From the NCBI GenBank assembly GCA_963712745.1, contig CAVQJC010000006.1, positions 320,001 to 384,000 on the forward strand: a stretch of DNA of 64,000 nucleotides, read 5' to 3'. The notes below the pieces were generated by a model. The model was given only the letters and a program-made list of their open reading frames with translations. It ran no database searches and was not told the DNA's origin. Below are positions 1 to 9,542 of this stretch, in pieces. Position 1 is the stretch's first letter, and each line of letters begins with the position of its first letter. The stretch is from an uncultured Chloroflexia bacterium. GTDB lineage: Bacteria > Chloroflexota > Limnocylindria > Limnocylindrales > CSP1-4. The position numbers and the translations under genes were made by a program.

Positions 1-1032
1 CTCGTCGAGCAGCTCCTCAGCCTCGGTACCGGTCACACCGAGGGGAGTCACGTCGACGAGGATGAGGTGGTTGTCCGTGCCGCCCGAGACGAGCTCGGTG
101 CCGTTGGCCAGCAACGTCTCGGCCAGTACCGCCGCGTTCTCGACGGTGCGATGCTGGTCGTTGCGGAACGTCTCCCCGCGGGCCTCCAGCAAGGCCACGG
201 CCTTGGCCGCGATGACGTGCATCAGCGGTCCGCCCTGGGTGCCGGGGAAGACCGCGCGGTCGATCAGCCGCCCGAGCTCGGCCGTGCCGAAGATCATGCC
301 TCCACGCGGCCCGCGCAAGGTCTTGTGGTTAGTGGTGGTCACGATGTCAGCGTGGGGGAAAGGGCTGGGGTGCACGCCGGCGGCCACCAGGCCCGCGACA
401 TGGGCCATGTCGACCATCAGCAGCGCATCCGCACCGTGGGCGATGGCGGCCATGCGTTCGAAGTCGATGAGGCGAGGGTAGGCGCTGGCACCGGCCACCA
501 GCATTCTGGGCCGAACTGCCTGCGCCTGGCGCTCGAGCGCGTCGTAGTCGATACGTCCGTCGGTCTCGGAGACGCCATAGGCGTGGACGTCGAAGTAGCG
601 TCCGCTGAAGTTGATGGGGTGACCGTGGGTGAGGTGGCCCCCGTGCGCCAGGCTCATACCCAGGATGGTGTCGCCGTGCTCCAGCACGGCCAGGTAGGCA
701 GCCATGTTGGCCTGCGCTCCTGAATGGGGCTGGACGTTGACGAACTCGGCGCCCGGGAACAGCTCCAGCGCACGCTCCTCGGCCAGGAGCTCCACGACGT
801 CGACGTGCTCGCAGCCGCCGTAGTAGCGGCGGCCCGGCTGGCCCTCAGCGTACTTGTTGGTCAGCCACGAACCGGTAGCTTCCATGACCGCCGCTGAGGT
901 GTAGTTCTCGCTCGCGATGAGTTCGATCTTCCAGGTTTGACGCTCGCGCTCGGCGACCATGGCGGCCCACAGCTCCGGGTCGACGGCCGCGAGGGGGGTG
1001 TCGGCCAGCTGGCGGCCAGAGGTAGGGGTCAT
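1..1032 (-). CDS. glyA: serine hydroxymethyltransferase (3' end outside window)
   Basis: Manual translation from ATG at 1032: [22 protein letters not shown]...IELIASENY...[18 protein letters not shown]...NVQPHSG...[14 protein letters not shown]. Missing from the ORF track because it is truncated. Confidence 0.97.
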   Translation of the reverse strand, partial: MTPTSGRQLADTPLAAVDPELWAAMVAERERQTWKIELIASENYTSAAVMEATGSWLTNKYAEGQPGRRYYGGCEHVDVVELLAEERALELFPGAEFVNVQPHSGAQANMAAYLAVLEHGDTILGMSLAHGGHLTHGHPINFSGRYFDVHAYGVSETDGRIDYDALERQAQAVRPRMLVAGASAYPRLIDFERMAAIAHGADALLMVDMAHVAGLVAAGVHPSPFPHADIVTTTNHKTLRGPRGGMIFGTAELGRLIDRAVFPGTQGGPLMHVIAAKAVALLEARGETFRNDQHRTVENAAVLAETLLANGTELVSGGTDNHLILVDVTPLGVTGTEAEELLDE

Positions 1033-1087
1033 CGGTGCTCCGTTCGTCGGTCCCTGCGCGTTCGTTGAGTGTACTCGGGGAGCGGGT

Positions 1088-1726
1088 TCAGTCTTGCCCT
1101 GCCGCAAGGTCGATGGCGACGCGCTCCAGGGCGCCCTCACGCAGCACGGTCCAGGACCCATCAGTAGCCACCGAGACCACGGTCGACGCGACGCCGCCCC
1201 GGACCGGGCCGTCGTCGAGCACGAGCGCGAGAGCGTCGCCCACCGCCGCCAGCAGCGCCTCCGCGGTCAGCGCAGGCTCCTCGCCCGAGCGGTTGGCCGA
1301 CGTCACCGCGATGGGTCCGAGCACGCGGGCGAGCGCGCGCGGCACGGCGTGGTCGGGGATGCGCAGGCCGAGCGTGTCACGGCCACCGGTCACCGCCTCG
1401 GGCACGAGCCCGGGACGACGGAGGGGCAGCACCAGCGTGAGCGGCCCCGGCCAATAGCGGGCCGCCAGGCGACGCGCCGGCGCGCTCACTTCCACGAGGC
1501 CGTCGACCTGGTCGAGGCCATCGATGAGCAGGGCGATGCCCTTCTCCTGTGGGCGCCGCTTGGCAGCGATGACAGCCGCCAGCGCGTCAGGGCGTGGCAC
1601 TACTCCGATGCCGTAGACGGTCTCGGTGGGGATGCCTACGATGCCACCGGCCTGCATGGCCAGGATGGCGTCGGCCAGGGCCTCAGCATCGCCGGCGGGC
1701 TGCACCGACGGTCGACCCTCAGTCAT
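1088..1726 (-). CDS. tsaC: L-threonylcarbamoyladenylate synthase (TsaC/Sua5 family)
   Basis: [31 protein letters not shown] motifs. Confidence 0.95.
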   Translation of the reverse strand: MTEGRPSVQPAGDAEALADAILAMQAGGIVGIPTETVYGIGVVPRPDALAAVIAAKRRPQEKGIALLIDGLDQVDGLVEVSAPARRLAARYWPGPLTLVLPLRRPGLVPEAVTGGRDTLGLRIPDHAVPRALARVLGPIAVTSANRSGEEPALTAEALLAAVGDALALVLDDGPVRGGVASTVVSVATDGSWTVLREGALERVAIDLAAGQD

Positions 1727-2639
1727 CGGGTCGGTCCAGCTGAACCACGCGGGGAGTGTCGGAGAGGTCGCGGTGCAGCGTGAAGCGCCACTCGGGCAGG
1801 GCCTCGGAGGCTGCCGCCTCCATCAGCTCGCCCTGGTCGCCACCGATCTCCAGGAACATGGCGCCTCCGGGTCCGACCACCTCGGGTGCGCGTGTGAGGA
1901 GGCGGCGGACGATAGCGAGGCCGTCGGGGCCACCGTCAAGCGCATCGACCGGCTCGAAGCTGGCCGCGATGGCCAGGCCAGGCACCACCTCGGTCGGGAT
2001 GTAGGGCAGGTTTGCCAGCAGCAGATCGACCGGGCCGGGCGGCGGGGGCGCCACGTCGACAAGGTCGCCTTCGGCGAAGGTGAAGAGATGGGCCAGGCCA
2101 TGCGAGACGACGTTGATGGTGGCCACGTCCCGGGCATCACCGCTGATGTCGCTGACGTGGAAGCGGACGGTGTCGCCGTAGCCACGGCGGCGGAGTTCGA
2201 GCGCGATGGCCACTGGGATGGCACCCGAGCCCGTGCCCACATCCCACACGACGTAGGCTCCGGCATCCTGGTCGCGCATGGAGCCGGTGAGGTCGTCCCG
2301 GATGCGCGTCAGCGCCAGCTCCACCAGCGTCTCGGTCTCCGGTCGCGGGATGAGCACACGCGGGTCGACCGAGATGGCCGAACCGTAGAACTCCTTGAGC
2401 CCGCGGATGTAGGCCACTGGCTCGCCCGTCTCGCGGCGCGCGACGTTGGCCTCGAAACGGTCGAGCTGGCCGGTGCTCAGGACCGTCTCCGGATGTGCCG
2501 CGAGCGCGCTGCGATCCACGCCCAGCACCCACGCGAGCAGCACCTCGGCGTCGAGGCGCGCGGACTCCGAGCCGGATGCCTCAAGACGCGCGGTGGCGTC
2601 GGTGAGGAGCTCGGCGACCCTCTGGGGGCGGATCTCCAT
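1719..2639 (-). CDS. prmC: release factor glutamine N5-methyltransferase
   Basis: RETGEPVAYIRG, VLIPRPETE, DVGTGSG, ANLPYI, ALDGGPDGL. Start moved to the ATG at 2639, downstream of prfA. Confidence 0.95.
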   Translation of the reverse strand: MEIRPQRVAELLTDATARLEASGSESARLDAEVLLAWVLGVDRSALAAHPETVLSTGQLDRFEANVARRETGEPVAYIRGLKEFYGSAISVDPRVLIPRPETETLVELALTRIRDDLTGSMRDQDAGAYVVWDVGTGSGAIPVAIALELRRRGYGDTVRFHVSDISGDARDVATINVVSHGLAHLFTFAEGDLVDVAPPPPGPVDLLLANLPYIPTEVVPGLAIAASFEPVDALDGGPDGLAIVRRLLTRAPEVVGPGGAMFLEIGGDQGELMEAAASEALPEWRFTLHRDLSDTPRVVQLDRPDD

Positions 2640-2655
2640 GATGCCGCGCGGGCGC

Positions 2656-3753
2656 CTAGCGGGCGGCGCCGGGCTGGCTCTCCAGGGAGGCCAGTCGGGC
2701 CGCCTGGTCAGTATGGATGAGAGCGTCGATGAGCTTGTCGAGGTCCCCGTCGAGGATGGCAGGCATGCCATGCAGGTCGAGCCCGATGCGATGGTCGGTG
2801 ATGCGGTCCTGGGGGTAGTTGTAGGTGCGGATCTTCTCCGCCCGTTCGCCGCTGCCGACCATCGAACGCCTGGCCTCCGCCTCCTCCTCCTGGGCTTTGC
2901 GCTGCTCCTGCTCGAGCAGGCGCGCGCGGAGCACGGACATGGCTTTGGCCTTGTTCTTGTGCTGGCTCTTCTCATCCTGGATCTCGACCACGAGGCCGCT
3001 CGGCAAGTGGGTGATACGCACCGCCGAGTCGGTCGTGTTGACGGACTGGCCGCCGGGGCCCGAGGCGCGTTTGACGTCGATGCGAAGGTCCCTGGCTTCG
3101 TCGATCTGGACATCGACCTCGTCGGCCTTGGGCAACACGGCCACGGTGGCCGTGGAAGTGTGGATGCGCCCGCTCGATTCGGTCTCCGGCACGCGCTGAA
3201 CGCGGTGCACGCCACCCTCGTACTTGAGCCGGCTCCAGGCACCCTGGCCGCTGATCTCGAAGATGACCTCGCGCAGGCCTTTCACACCGGACTCGTTGGC
3301 GGACAGCGTCTCCGCCTTCCAGCGGTGCCGCTCCGCGTAGCGGGCGTACATGCGGAAGAGATCGGCGGCGAAGATGGCGGCCTCTTCGCCGCCAGTCCCG
3401 CCACGGATCTCGATGATGACGTCGCGGTCGTCGTTAGGGTCCTTGGGCAGGAGCTGGATACGCAGGTCCTCGTTGAGCCGGGCCACCTCAGTCTCGTTCT
3501 CCGCGATCAACTCGCGGGCAAGCTCCTTCAGTTCAGGGTCGCTCTCGGTCTGCAACTCATGGCGGGCCGATTCCAGGGCGGCCTGGACACCGCGCAGGGC
3601 ACGGTAGTTCTCGACGATGGGCCCGATCTGCGCCTGCTCCCTGCCCAGCACCTTGCTGCGCTCCCGATCGGCAGCGACCTCAGGCTTCGACCATTCGGCC
3701 TCGATGGCCTGAAGGCGGCGCTCCAGCTCCTCGAGCCGGGCATCGAGGCTCAT
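2656..3753 (-). CDS. prfA: peptide chain release factor 1
   Basis: [11 protein letters not shown] (PxT), GPGGQSVN (GGQ), IRTYNYPQ. Confidence 0.98.
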   Translation of the reverse strand: MSLDARLEELERRLQAIEAEWSKPEVAADRERSKVLGREQAQIGPIVENYRALRGVQAALESARHELQTESDPELKELARELIAENETEVARLNEDLRIQLLPKDPNDDRDVIIEIRGGTGGEEAAIFAADLFRMYARYAERHRWKAETLSANESGVKGLREVIFEISGQGAWSRLKYEGGVHRVQRVPETESSGRIHTSTATVAVLPKADEVDVQIDEARDLRIDVKRASGPGGQSVNTTDSAVRITHLPSGLVVEIQDEKSQHKNKAKAMSVLRARLLEQEQRKAQEEEAEARRSMVGSGERAEKIRTYNYPQDRITDHRIGLDLHGMPAILDGDLDKLIDALIHTDQAARLASLESQPGAAR

Positions 3754-4988
3754 GCGCCCTCCGTGGCGCCTCCGGCCCTGCCAGCCGGGGTCTCGTTGCC
3801 GTCGGGCATCTCCACCGGGCTGGCCGCGACGTCAGCGGCCGTCTCGGCCGGCGGGTCAGCGGGATGGGCCGCAGTAGCGGCGACTTCGCTCTCGAGAGCC
3901 TCGGGTGCCGGCTCGGCTTCGCCGGCGGCAGCTTCGGCCTCCTCGGCCTCGATGCGCGCACCCATCTCCTTGGCCAGTTCGTCGACGTCGGGCATGGGCT
4001 CCCTGGGCGGATCCCAGCTGCCCTCGGGCGCGGTGTCGCCATTGGCCGCCAGGCCTTCCTGCATGGCGCAGATTGCGATCTCGATCATCGAATCGTCCGG
4101 CTGCTTGGTTGTGATCTTCTGGATCCAGATGCCGGGCATGAAGAGCCACTTCCAGAAACCCTGCTCACGACGGACGGCGCCGAACTTGAGCAGCTCGTAC
4201 GAAACCGCTGCGATGACCGGCACGAGCAGGATGCGCCCCAGGATGGCCACCCACAGGTCCACGCCGGCAAGCAGGCTGAACAGCAGGATGCTGACGATGA
4301 TGAAGATGACCAGGAACTCGGTGCCGCAGCGGGGATGCGCGGTGGGGAACTTGCGCACATTGTCGACTTGCAGCGGCAGGTCGGCTTCGAGCGTGTGGAT
4401 GGTCATGTGCTCCGCGCCGTGGTATTGGAAGACCCGGCCGATCTCAGCCGAGCGACTGACCAGGGCCAGGTAGCCGACGAAAACGACGACACGCACGAGT
4501 CCCTCGAGAATGTGCACCAGGAACGACTCGATGCCGCTGTCGACCTCGCCGAATAGCAGCGTGACGCCGCCCTGGGCCAGCAACAGCGGCATCAGCACGA
4601 ACAGGCCGACGGCCAGGCCGATGGTCACGAGCATGGTCAGCGCGATGGCCTTGCCACCGAAGGCCACACCCTCTCCAGCTGCTGCCAGCGAGCCCGATCT
4701 CATGAGCCACTTGGTGCCGATGACGAGGGTCTCGTAGAGCACCACGACACCGCGGAAGAACGGGGCGCGGGCGAAGCGACGGCGATGAAGGACGCTGTCG
4801 AGCCGCTCCTGGCCGGCAAAGATCTGGCCGTCGGGGCCACGCACGGCCACTCCGATGGCGTCCTTGCCGCGCATGTAGACGCCCTCCATGAGCGCCTGTC
4901 CGCCATAGGCGAAGCGGGGCGATGCTTCGGTGCCGGGATCGCCGCTCAGCGGGGCGGCCGTCCCCTGCCCTGCCGGCGACTGGGTCAC
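3750..4988 (-). CDS. DUF1385 family membrane protein with acidic low-complexity tail
   Basis: [31 protein letters not shown]. Conserved position between rpmE and prfA. Confidence 0.9.
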   Translation of the reverse strand: MTQSPAGQGTAAPLSGDPGTEASPRFAYGGQALMEGVYMRGKDAIGVAVRGPDGQIFAGQERLDSVLHRRRFARAPFFRGVVVLYETLVIGTKWLMRSGSLAAAGEGVAFGGKAIALTMLVTIGLAVGLFVLMPLLLAQGGVTLLFGEVDSGIESFLVHILEGLVRVVVFVGYLALVSRSAEIGRVFQYHGAEHMTIHTLEADLPLQVDNVRKFPTAHPRCGTEFLVIFIIVSILLFSLLAGVDLWVAILGRILLVPVIAAVSYELLKFGAVRREQGFWKWLFMPGIWIQKITTKQPDDSMIEIAICAMQEGLAANGDTAPEGSWDPPREPMPDVDELAKEMGARIEAEEAEAAAGEAEPAPEALESEVAATAAHPADPPAETAADVAASPVEMPDGNETPAGRAGGATEGA

Positions 4989-5002
4989 GTTGCGGTGCTG
5001 CT

Positions 5003-5215
5003 CTAGAGCTTCGCCGAGCGCTCGAGGCGCTTCTGGAAACGCTCGACCTGGCCGGCGGTGTCGACGATGGTCTGTTTGCCGGTGTAGAAGGGGTGGCAGT
5101 TGGAACAGATGTCAACGCGCAGCTCCTCCTGGGTGGAGCCGATGGTGAACTCGATGCCGCAGGAGGCGCAGTGCACCTGTGCCTGGTAGTACTTGGGATG
5201 CATGTCGGGCTTCAT
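5003..5215 (-). CDS. rpmE: 50S ribosomal protein L31 (Zn-binding, Cys-containing type)
   Basis: [13 protein letters not shown]...[10 protein letters not shown]. Confidence 0.98.
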   Translation of the reverse strand: MKPDMHPKYYQAQVHCASCGIEFTIGSTQEELRVDICSNCHPFYTGKQTIVDTAGQVERFQKRLERSAKL

Positions 5216-5233
5216 GTTGTGGGTCCTTCGGGG

Positions 5234-5500
5234 TCAGCTGGCGAGCGTCTCGGCTTCGATGCGGATGCGCTTCTTGTCCTTGCGCGCATGCTCGAAGCGG
5301 ACGCGCCCGTCGACAGTGGCGAAGACGGTGTAATCCCTGCCCAGGCCGGTACCGGGGCCTGAGAGGAACGTCATCCCGCGCTGGCGCACGATGATCGAAC
5401 CAGCGCTGACGAGCTCGCCATCGCCGGCCTTGACGCCGAGGCGCTGGCCGACGCTGTCGCGACCGTTCTTGGAGCTGGAACCTGCTTTCTTGTGGGCCAC
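5234..5500 (-). CDS. rpmA: 50S ribosomal protein L27
   Basis: [15 protein letters not shown]...IIVRQRG. Confidence 0.98.
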   Translation of the reverse strand: MAHKKAGSSSKNGRDSVGQRLGVKAGDGELVSAGSIIVRQRGMTFLSGPGTGLGRDYTVFATVDGRVRFEHARKDKKRIRIEAETLAS

Positions 5501-5503
5501 GTT

Positions 5504-6214
5504 CTACTCGTCCTTCTTGGTCTCTTCGGCGTCCCTGGTCTCATCGGCGTCGGCAGCAGCTTCGCCGTCACTCTCGGCTGGGGCCTCGGGCTCCGCGGGG
5601 GCAGAGGCCTGGGCCTCCGGCTCCGAAGCAGCAGGCGCTTTGACCTCGGGCTCCGCAGGGGCAGACGCCTGGGCCTCCGGCTCGGGCTCCGCAGCGGCCT
5701 CCTTGGCGGTGGACTTCTTCTTGGTGGCCTTCGGCTTGGCCGGCGCCTCCGCCTCGGCCAGCTTGGCTGCCAGCGCCTTGTCGGCTGCGGCCTGCTCCTC
5801 GGCGGCCTTCTTGGCTGCGGCCTGCTCCGCCTTCTCGGCCTCCTTGGCCTTCCTGGCCTCGGCCTTCTGCGCACTCTCGGCATCCTCGGCAGCGCTCTTG
5901 CCGCCGAAGGCGATGTCGGTGATACGGAGCGTGGTCAGCTCAGCACGAAAGCCCTTCTTCACGCGGGTGCGGGCCTTGGGCTTGTACTTGAAGACGATGA
6001 TCTTGTCGCCGCGGTCCTGGCCCAGGACTTCGGCCGAGACCGTGGCACCGTCGACGACCGGCTGGCCGATCGCGGCGTCGTCGTCGTCCGCGACCAGCAA
6101 GACGCGATCGAGCGTGATGGAGTCGCCGGGCTGGACGTCCAGGCGATCGACCTGGATCTCCGAACCGAGCTCGACGCGGTGCTGCTTGCCGCCTGATTCG
6201 ATGACTGCGTACAT
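5504..6214 (-). CDS. rplU: 50S ribosomal protein L21 with long Ala/Lys/Glu/Pro-rich C-terminal extension
   Basis: MYAVIESGGKQHRV...KIIVFKYKPK...KGFR. Start is the ATG at 6214. Confidence 0.95.
   Translation of the reverse strand: MYAVIESGGKQHRVELGSEIQVDRLDVQPGDSITLDRVLLVADDDDAAIGQPVVDGATVSAEVLGQDRGDKIIVFKYKPKARTRVKKGFRAELTTLRITDIAFGGKSAAEDAESAQKAEARKAKEAEKAEQAAAKKAAEEQAAADKALAAKLAEAEAPAKPKATKKKSTAKEAAAEPEPEAQASAPAEPEVKAPAASEPEAQASAPAEPEAPAESDGEAAADADETRDAEETKKDE
5584..5683. repeat. imperfect 40-bp direct repeat (60-nt period) in the rplU tail, encoding EPEAQASAPAEPE twice
   Basis: cctcgggctccgcRggggcagaSgcctgggcctccggctc at 5584 and 5644. Confidence 0.8.
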
Positions 6215-6431
6215 GGGCTTCCCGTTGCGTGGTCGGTACGTGATGTGAGTGACTGGGTCGACGCGGGGCGCGAGTCGCAGGCGAACACGGCGCGACAGAC
6301 TCCCGGGCGCGAACGGTGATGTTAGCGGGATTCCGCGAAGAGCGTCAACCGCGACCGCTCGCGGCGAAGGCGTGGCGCGGATGCAGCACAACTAGCGAGC
6401 CACCCGTGGCGTCGAGTATGGTCAGCAAGGT

Positions 6432-6914
6432 ATGGCCCGCACCTTCTACGACACGCTCATGCTCAACCCCAAGGCCGACCGTGAGCTCATCACGGTCGCG
6501 TACCGGCACCTGGCCAAGCGCTACCACCCCGACAAGGATCTCTCGTCGGAAGCGGCTGCGCGCATGGTGGAGCTGAACGAGGCCTACGCGGTGCTGTCCG
6601 ACCCGGACAAGCGCGCGGAGTACGACCGCCGCATCGGGCTGGCTGAAGCGGCCGGGCCGGCACTCGTGTCGGGCGACAGCCGAGCGGCGCGGCACGGGGC
6701 CGTGAACACGTCCTCCCCGAGCGGGCGCTTCGGGGAAGCCGGCGCCCCTCCCTCGAGCCCGCCAGCGGTAGGGCGGCCGCTGACCTTCGGCCGCTACCAG
6801 GGCTGGACCCTCAACCAGGTCGCCCGCTACGACGGCGATTACATCGAGTGGCTATCGCGCACGACCATGGGCCGCAACTACAAGCGCGAGCTGGACGAGC
6901 TGCGGCACCGGTAG
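6432..6914 (+). CDS. J-domain (DnaJ-like) protein with small C-terminal FGRY-type domain
   Basis: AYRHLAKRYHPDK, NEAYAVLSDPDKRAEYD; C-terminal LTFGRYQGWTL...YIEWL. Confidence 0.88.
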   Translation: MARTFYDTLMLNPKADRELITVAYRHLAKRYHPDKDLSSEAAARMVELNEAYAVLSDPDKRAEYDRRIGLAEAAGPALVSGDSRAARHGAVNTSSPSGRFGEAGAPPSSPPAVGRPLTFGRYQGWTLNQVARYDGDYIEWLSRTTMGRNYKRELDELRHR

Positions 6915-7044
6915 GGCGCCGAGGCGGCCGGGTAGCAGGGAGGATCATTGCCCGCGTGGGGCGGGCCCCAGCGCCGCGAGAAGCACGTCGCCGTCGGACA
7001 GTGGCGGACTCTGCTCGACGGGGAGGCTGTCCCCGAGTCTGTTC

Positions 7045-8307
7045 CTAGGCAGCTCCGGAGCTGGCATGCCCGCCAGAGTGGCGCTCGTCACGCTGCGCCC
7101 TGGGGATGGCCCACTGCAGCATCACCGGCGCCACCAGCGTGGTTAGGATGACAGCCGCCAGCAGCACCGCGTACATCTCATGCCCGATCAGGCCCAGCGT
7201 CAGACCCAGGGCAGAGACCACGATGCCGACCTCGCCGCGCGGACTCATGCCCACGCCGACCACGATCGAGTTCCACTTGCCCAGCCTCCAGGAGCCGGCG
7301 ATGCCGCCGACGAGCTTGGTCAGGACGCCCATGACCGCCAGCACGAGCACGATGATGAGCAGCTCTGGATCGAGCAGCGCGCTCATGTCGATGTTGGCGC
7401 CGGTGACGGCGAAGAAGAACGGCGCGAAGATGCCCAGCAGCGGCCGGAAGCCGTGCTCCACCTCCTCGCGGACCGGGGTCTCGGCGACCATCAGCCCGAC
7501 CACGAAGGCGCCGATGATGGCCGCCAGACCGACGAACTGCGCCAGCAGAGCGCCGGCGAACATGATGATGAAGACCGGTACGGTCGGGGTGTCCGCGAAC
7601 CTGGGCCAGGTGAAGAGCCTGCGCGGCAGGCGACGGCCCAACGGGGCCAGCGCCAGGCCGATGCCTACGAACGCGATGCCGGCGACCATGGTCAGCAGGG
7701 TCTCGGGGCCAAGGTCGCCCTCAGCCACGCCGGAGAGCAGTCCGATGGCCAGCAGTGCCAGGATGTCGTCGACGATGGCGGCGCCGAGGATGACTCGCGA
7801 GAAGGCTCTGTCGAGGACCCCCATGTCCGCCAGGACGCGACTGGTGATGCCGATGCTGGTAGCTGCGAGCGCCAGACCGGTGAGCACCGCGGCGAGCATG
7901 TCCTCACCGATGGCCAGCCCGATGGCAGCGCCCGCCATGATGGGCAGGATGAAGCCGATGGTGCCGACGGCGATGGCCATCACCCCGACTTTGAGCAGGT
8001 CGTCGATCCGGACCTCGAGGCCGACGGTGAACAGCAGGATGATGACACCCAGCTCAGCGAAGACCTCCGCGGTGACGGTGACATCGGCCAGGCCCAGCGC
8101 GAAGGGACCCACGATGAAGCCGCCCAGCATCTCGCCGATGACGCCGGGCTGGTTGATGCGCCGAAAGATCTCCTCGCCGGCCTTGGCCGCGATGAAGAGG
8201 ATGAAGAGGCTGAACATGGCGCTGGCGAAGGCCGCGCCCTCTTCGCCACCACTGCCCGATGAGAAGAACAGGCCGTCAGGAAACGGGAGCTCGGGCAGGA
8301 AGGGCAT
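7045..8307 (-). CDS. cation:proton antiporter (CPA2 family)
   Basis: Many TM helices; LLFTVGLE, ATSIGIT, AAIVDDI, GMSPRGEV. Confidence 0.92.
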   Translation of the reverse strand: MPFLPELPFPDGLFFSSGSGGEEGAAFASAMFSLFILFIAAKAGEEIFRRINQPGVIGEMLGGFIVGPFALGLADVTVTAEVFAELGVIILLFTVGLEVRIDDLLKVGVMAIAVGTIGFILPIMAGAAIGLAIGEDMLAAVLTGLALAATSIGITSRVLADMGVLDRAFSRVILGAAIVDDILALLAIGLLSGVAEGDLGPETLLTMVAGIAFVGIGLALAPLGRRLPRRLFTWPRFADTPTVPVFIIMFAGALLAQFVGLAAIIGAFVVGLMVAETPVREEVEHGFRPLLGIFAPFFFAVTGANIDMSALLDPELLIIVLVLAVMGVLTKLVGGIAGSWRLGKWNSIVVGVGMSPRGEVGIVVSALGLTLGLIGHEMYAVLLAAVILTTLVAPVMLQWAIPRAQRDERHSGGHASSGAA

Positions 8308-8399
8308 ACGGCTACAGCGTAGCGGGCAAGGCGGCGGGACGGCTCATGCGAAGTGGCTCGTCAGCGGGGGCCATGCGGCCGGGGCCGTTCGGCTGGGAC

Positions 8400-9542
8400 T
8401 CAGATGGAACGCGAGCGACGCATGGCCAGCGACTCGAGGATGCCCAGACCGAGGGCGGCGCTGATGAGCGAGGCCCCCCCGTGTGTCACGAACGGCAGGG
8501 GGATACCGGTGATGGGCATGACCCCGAGGACCATTCCGATGTTGATGATCATCTGGAACAGGAGCATGCCCGCGATGCCGCCCGAGAAGGCGAGCGTGAA
8601 GGTGTCACCAGAACGCCAGCCCACGTGCAGCACGCGCCAGATGAGCAGCGCGAAGAGAGCCAGCACCACCGCACCTCCGAGGAAGCCGAGTTCCTCGCCC
8701 ACGCGCGCGAACACGAAGTCGGTCGAGCCCACCGGCAGGTTCTGTCCGGCCAGGCCGTTGGTCAGGCCGCGGCCGAAGAGTCCCCCGGAGCTGACCGTGA
8801 TCTGCGACTGCTGCAGCTGGTAGCCCGAGCCGAGCGGGTCGGCGGCGGGATCGATGAACGAGACCAGGCGCTGCTTCTGGTAGTCGCGCAGCACCACCTC
8901 CCAGGCCACGGGCACCATGGCCAGCACGCCCAGCACCATGGCCGCGATCCAGCGCAAGCTGGCGCCGGACATGAAGAGCGCGCCAAGCATGATGGCGCCG
9001 AACACGAGAGAAGTGCCCAGGTCTGGCTGGAAAAGCACCAGGCCCAGGAGCGGGGCCACCACGAGGGCCGCGCCCAGGACCGTGCGCAGGCCGGAGATGC
9101 TCGACTCGCGCGTGGCCAGGTAGTGCGCCAGCACTACCGCCAGCAGGATCTTGGCCACTTCGGAGAACTGGAACTGCAGCCCGAAGATCGAGACCCAGCG
9201 GGAAACGCCACCGGTACCGCTGCCGATCACCAGGGTAAGCACCAGCAGGGCGATGCTGAAGCCATAGATCGGCCACGCGAAGGTGCGCAGCCAGTGGTGG
9301 TCGGCAGCGGCGGTGGCGACGAAGACGACAGCCGCGAGCGCGAGCCAGATGAGCCCGCGCGTGAAGATCGAGCCGGGCCGGAAGGGGTCGTCGGCCGAGT
9401 TGGTGAAGGCCATGAGCAGGCCGATGACGGTGAGCGAGAGGGCGAAGATGGCCAGCGGCAGGTCGAAGCCGTACCAGCGGCCCTCCCCTTCCCTGGCGGT
9501 CAGCGTACCGACACGCGCCGGCTCCAGTCGCAGCGTGCTCAT
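8400..9542 (-). CDS. rodA: rod shape-determining SEDS protein RodA
   Basis: FQFSEVAKI, QPDLGT, YQKQRL, TDFVFA-GEELG, PITGIPLPFVTHGG. Lies downstream of the PBP2 gene. Confidence 0.93.
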   Translation of the reverse strand: MSTLRLEPARVGTLTAREGEGRWYGFDLPLAIFALSLTVIGLLMAFTNSADDPFRPGSIFTRGLIWLALAAVVFVATAAADHHWLRTFAWPIYGFSIALLVLTLVIGSGTGGVSRWVSIFGLQFQFSEVAKILLAVVLAHYLATRESSISGLRTVLGAALVVAPLLGLVLFQPDLGTSLVFGAIMLGALFMSGASLRWIAAMVLGVLAMVPVAWEVVLRDYQKQRLVSFIDPAADPLGSGYQLQQSQITVSSGGLFGRGLTNGLAGQNLPVGSTDFVFARVGEELGFLGGAVVLALFALLIWRVLHVGWRSGDTFTLAFSGGIAGMLLFQMIINIGMVLGVMPITGIPLPFVTHGGASLISAALGLGILESLAMRRSRSI

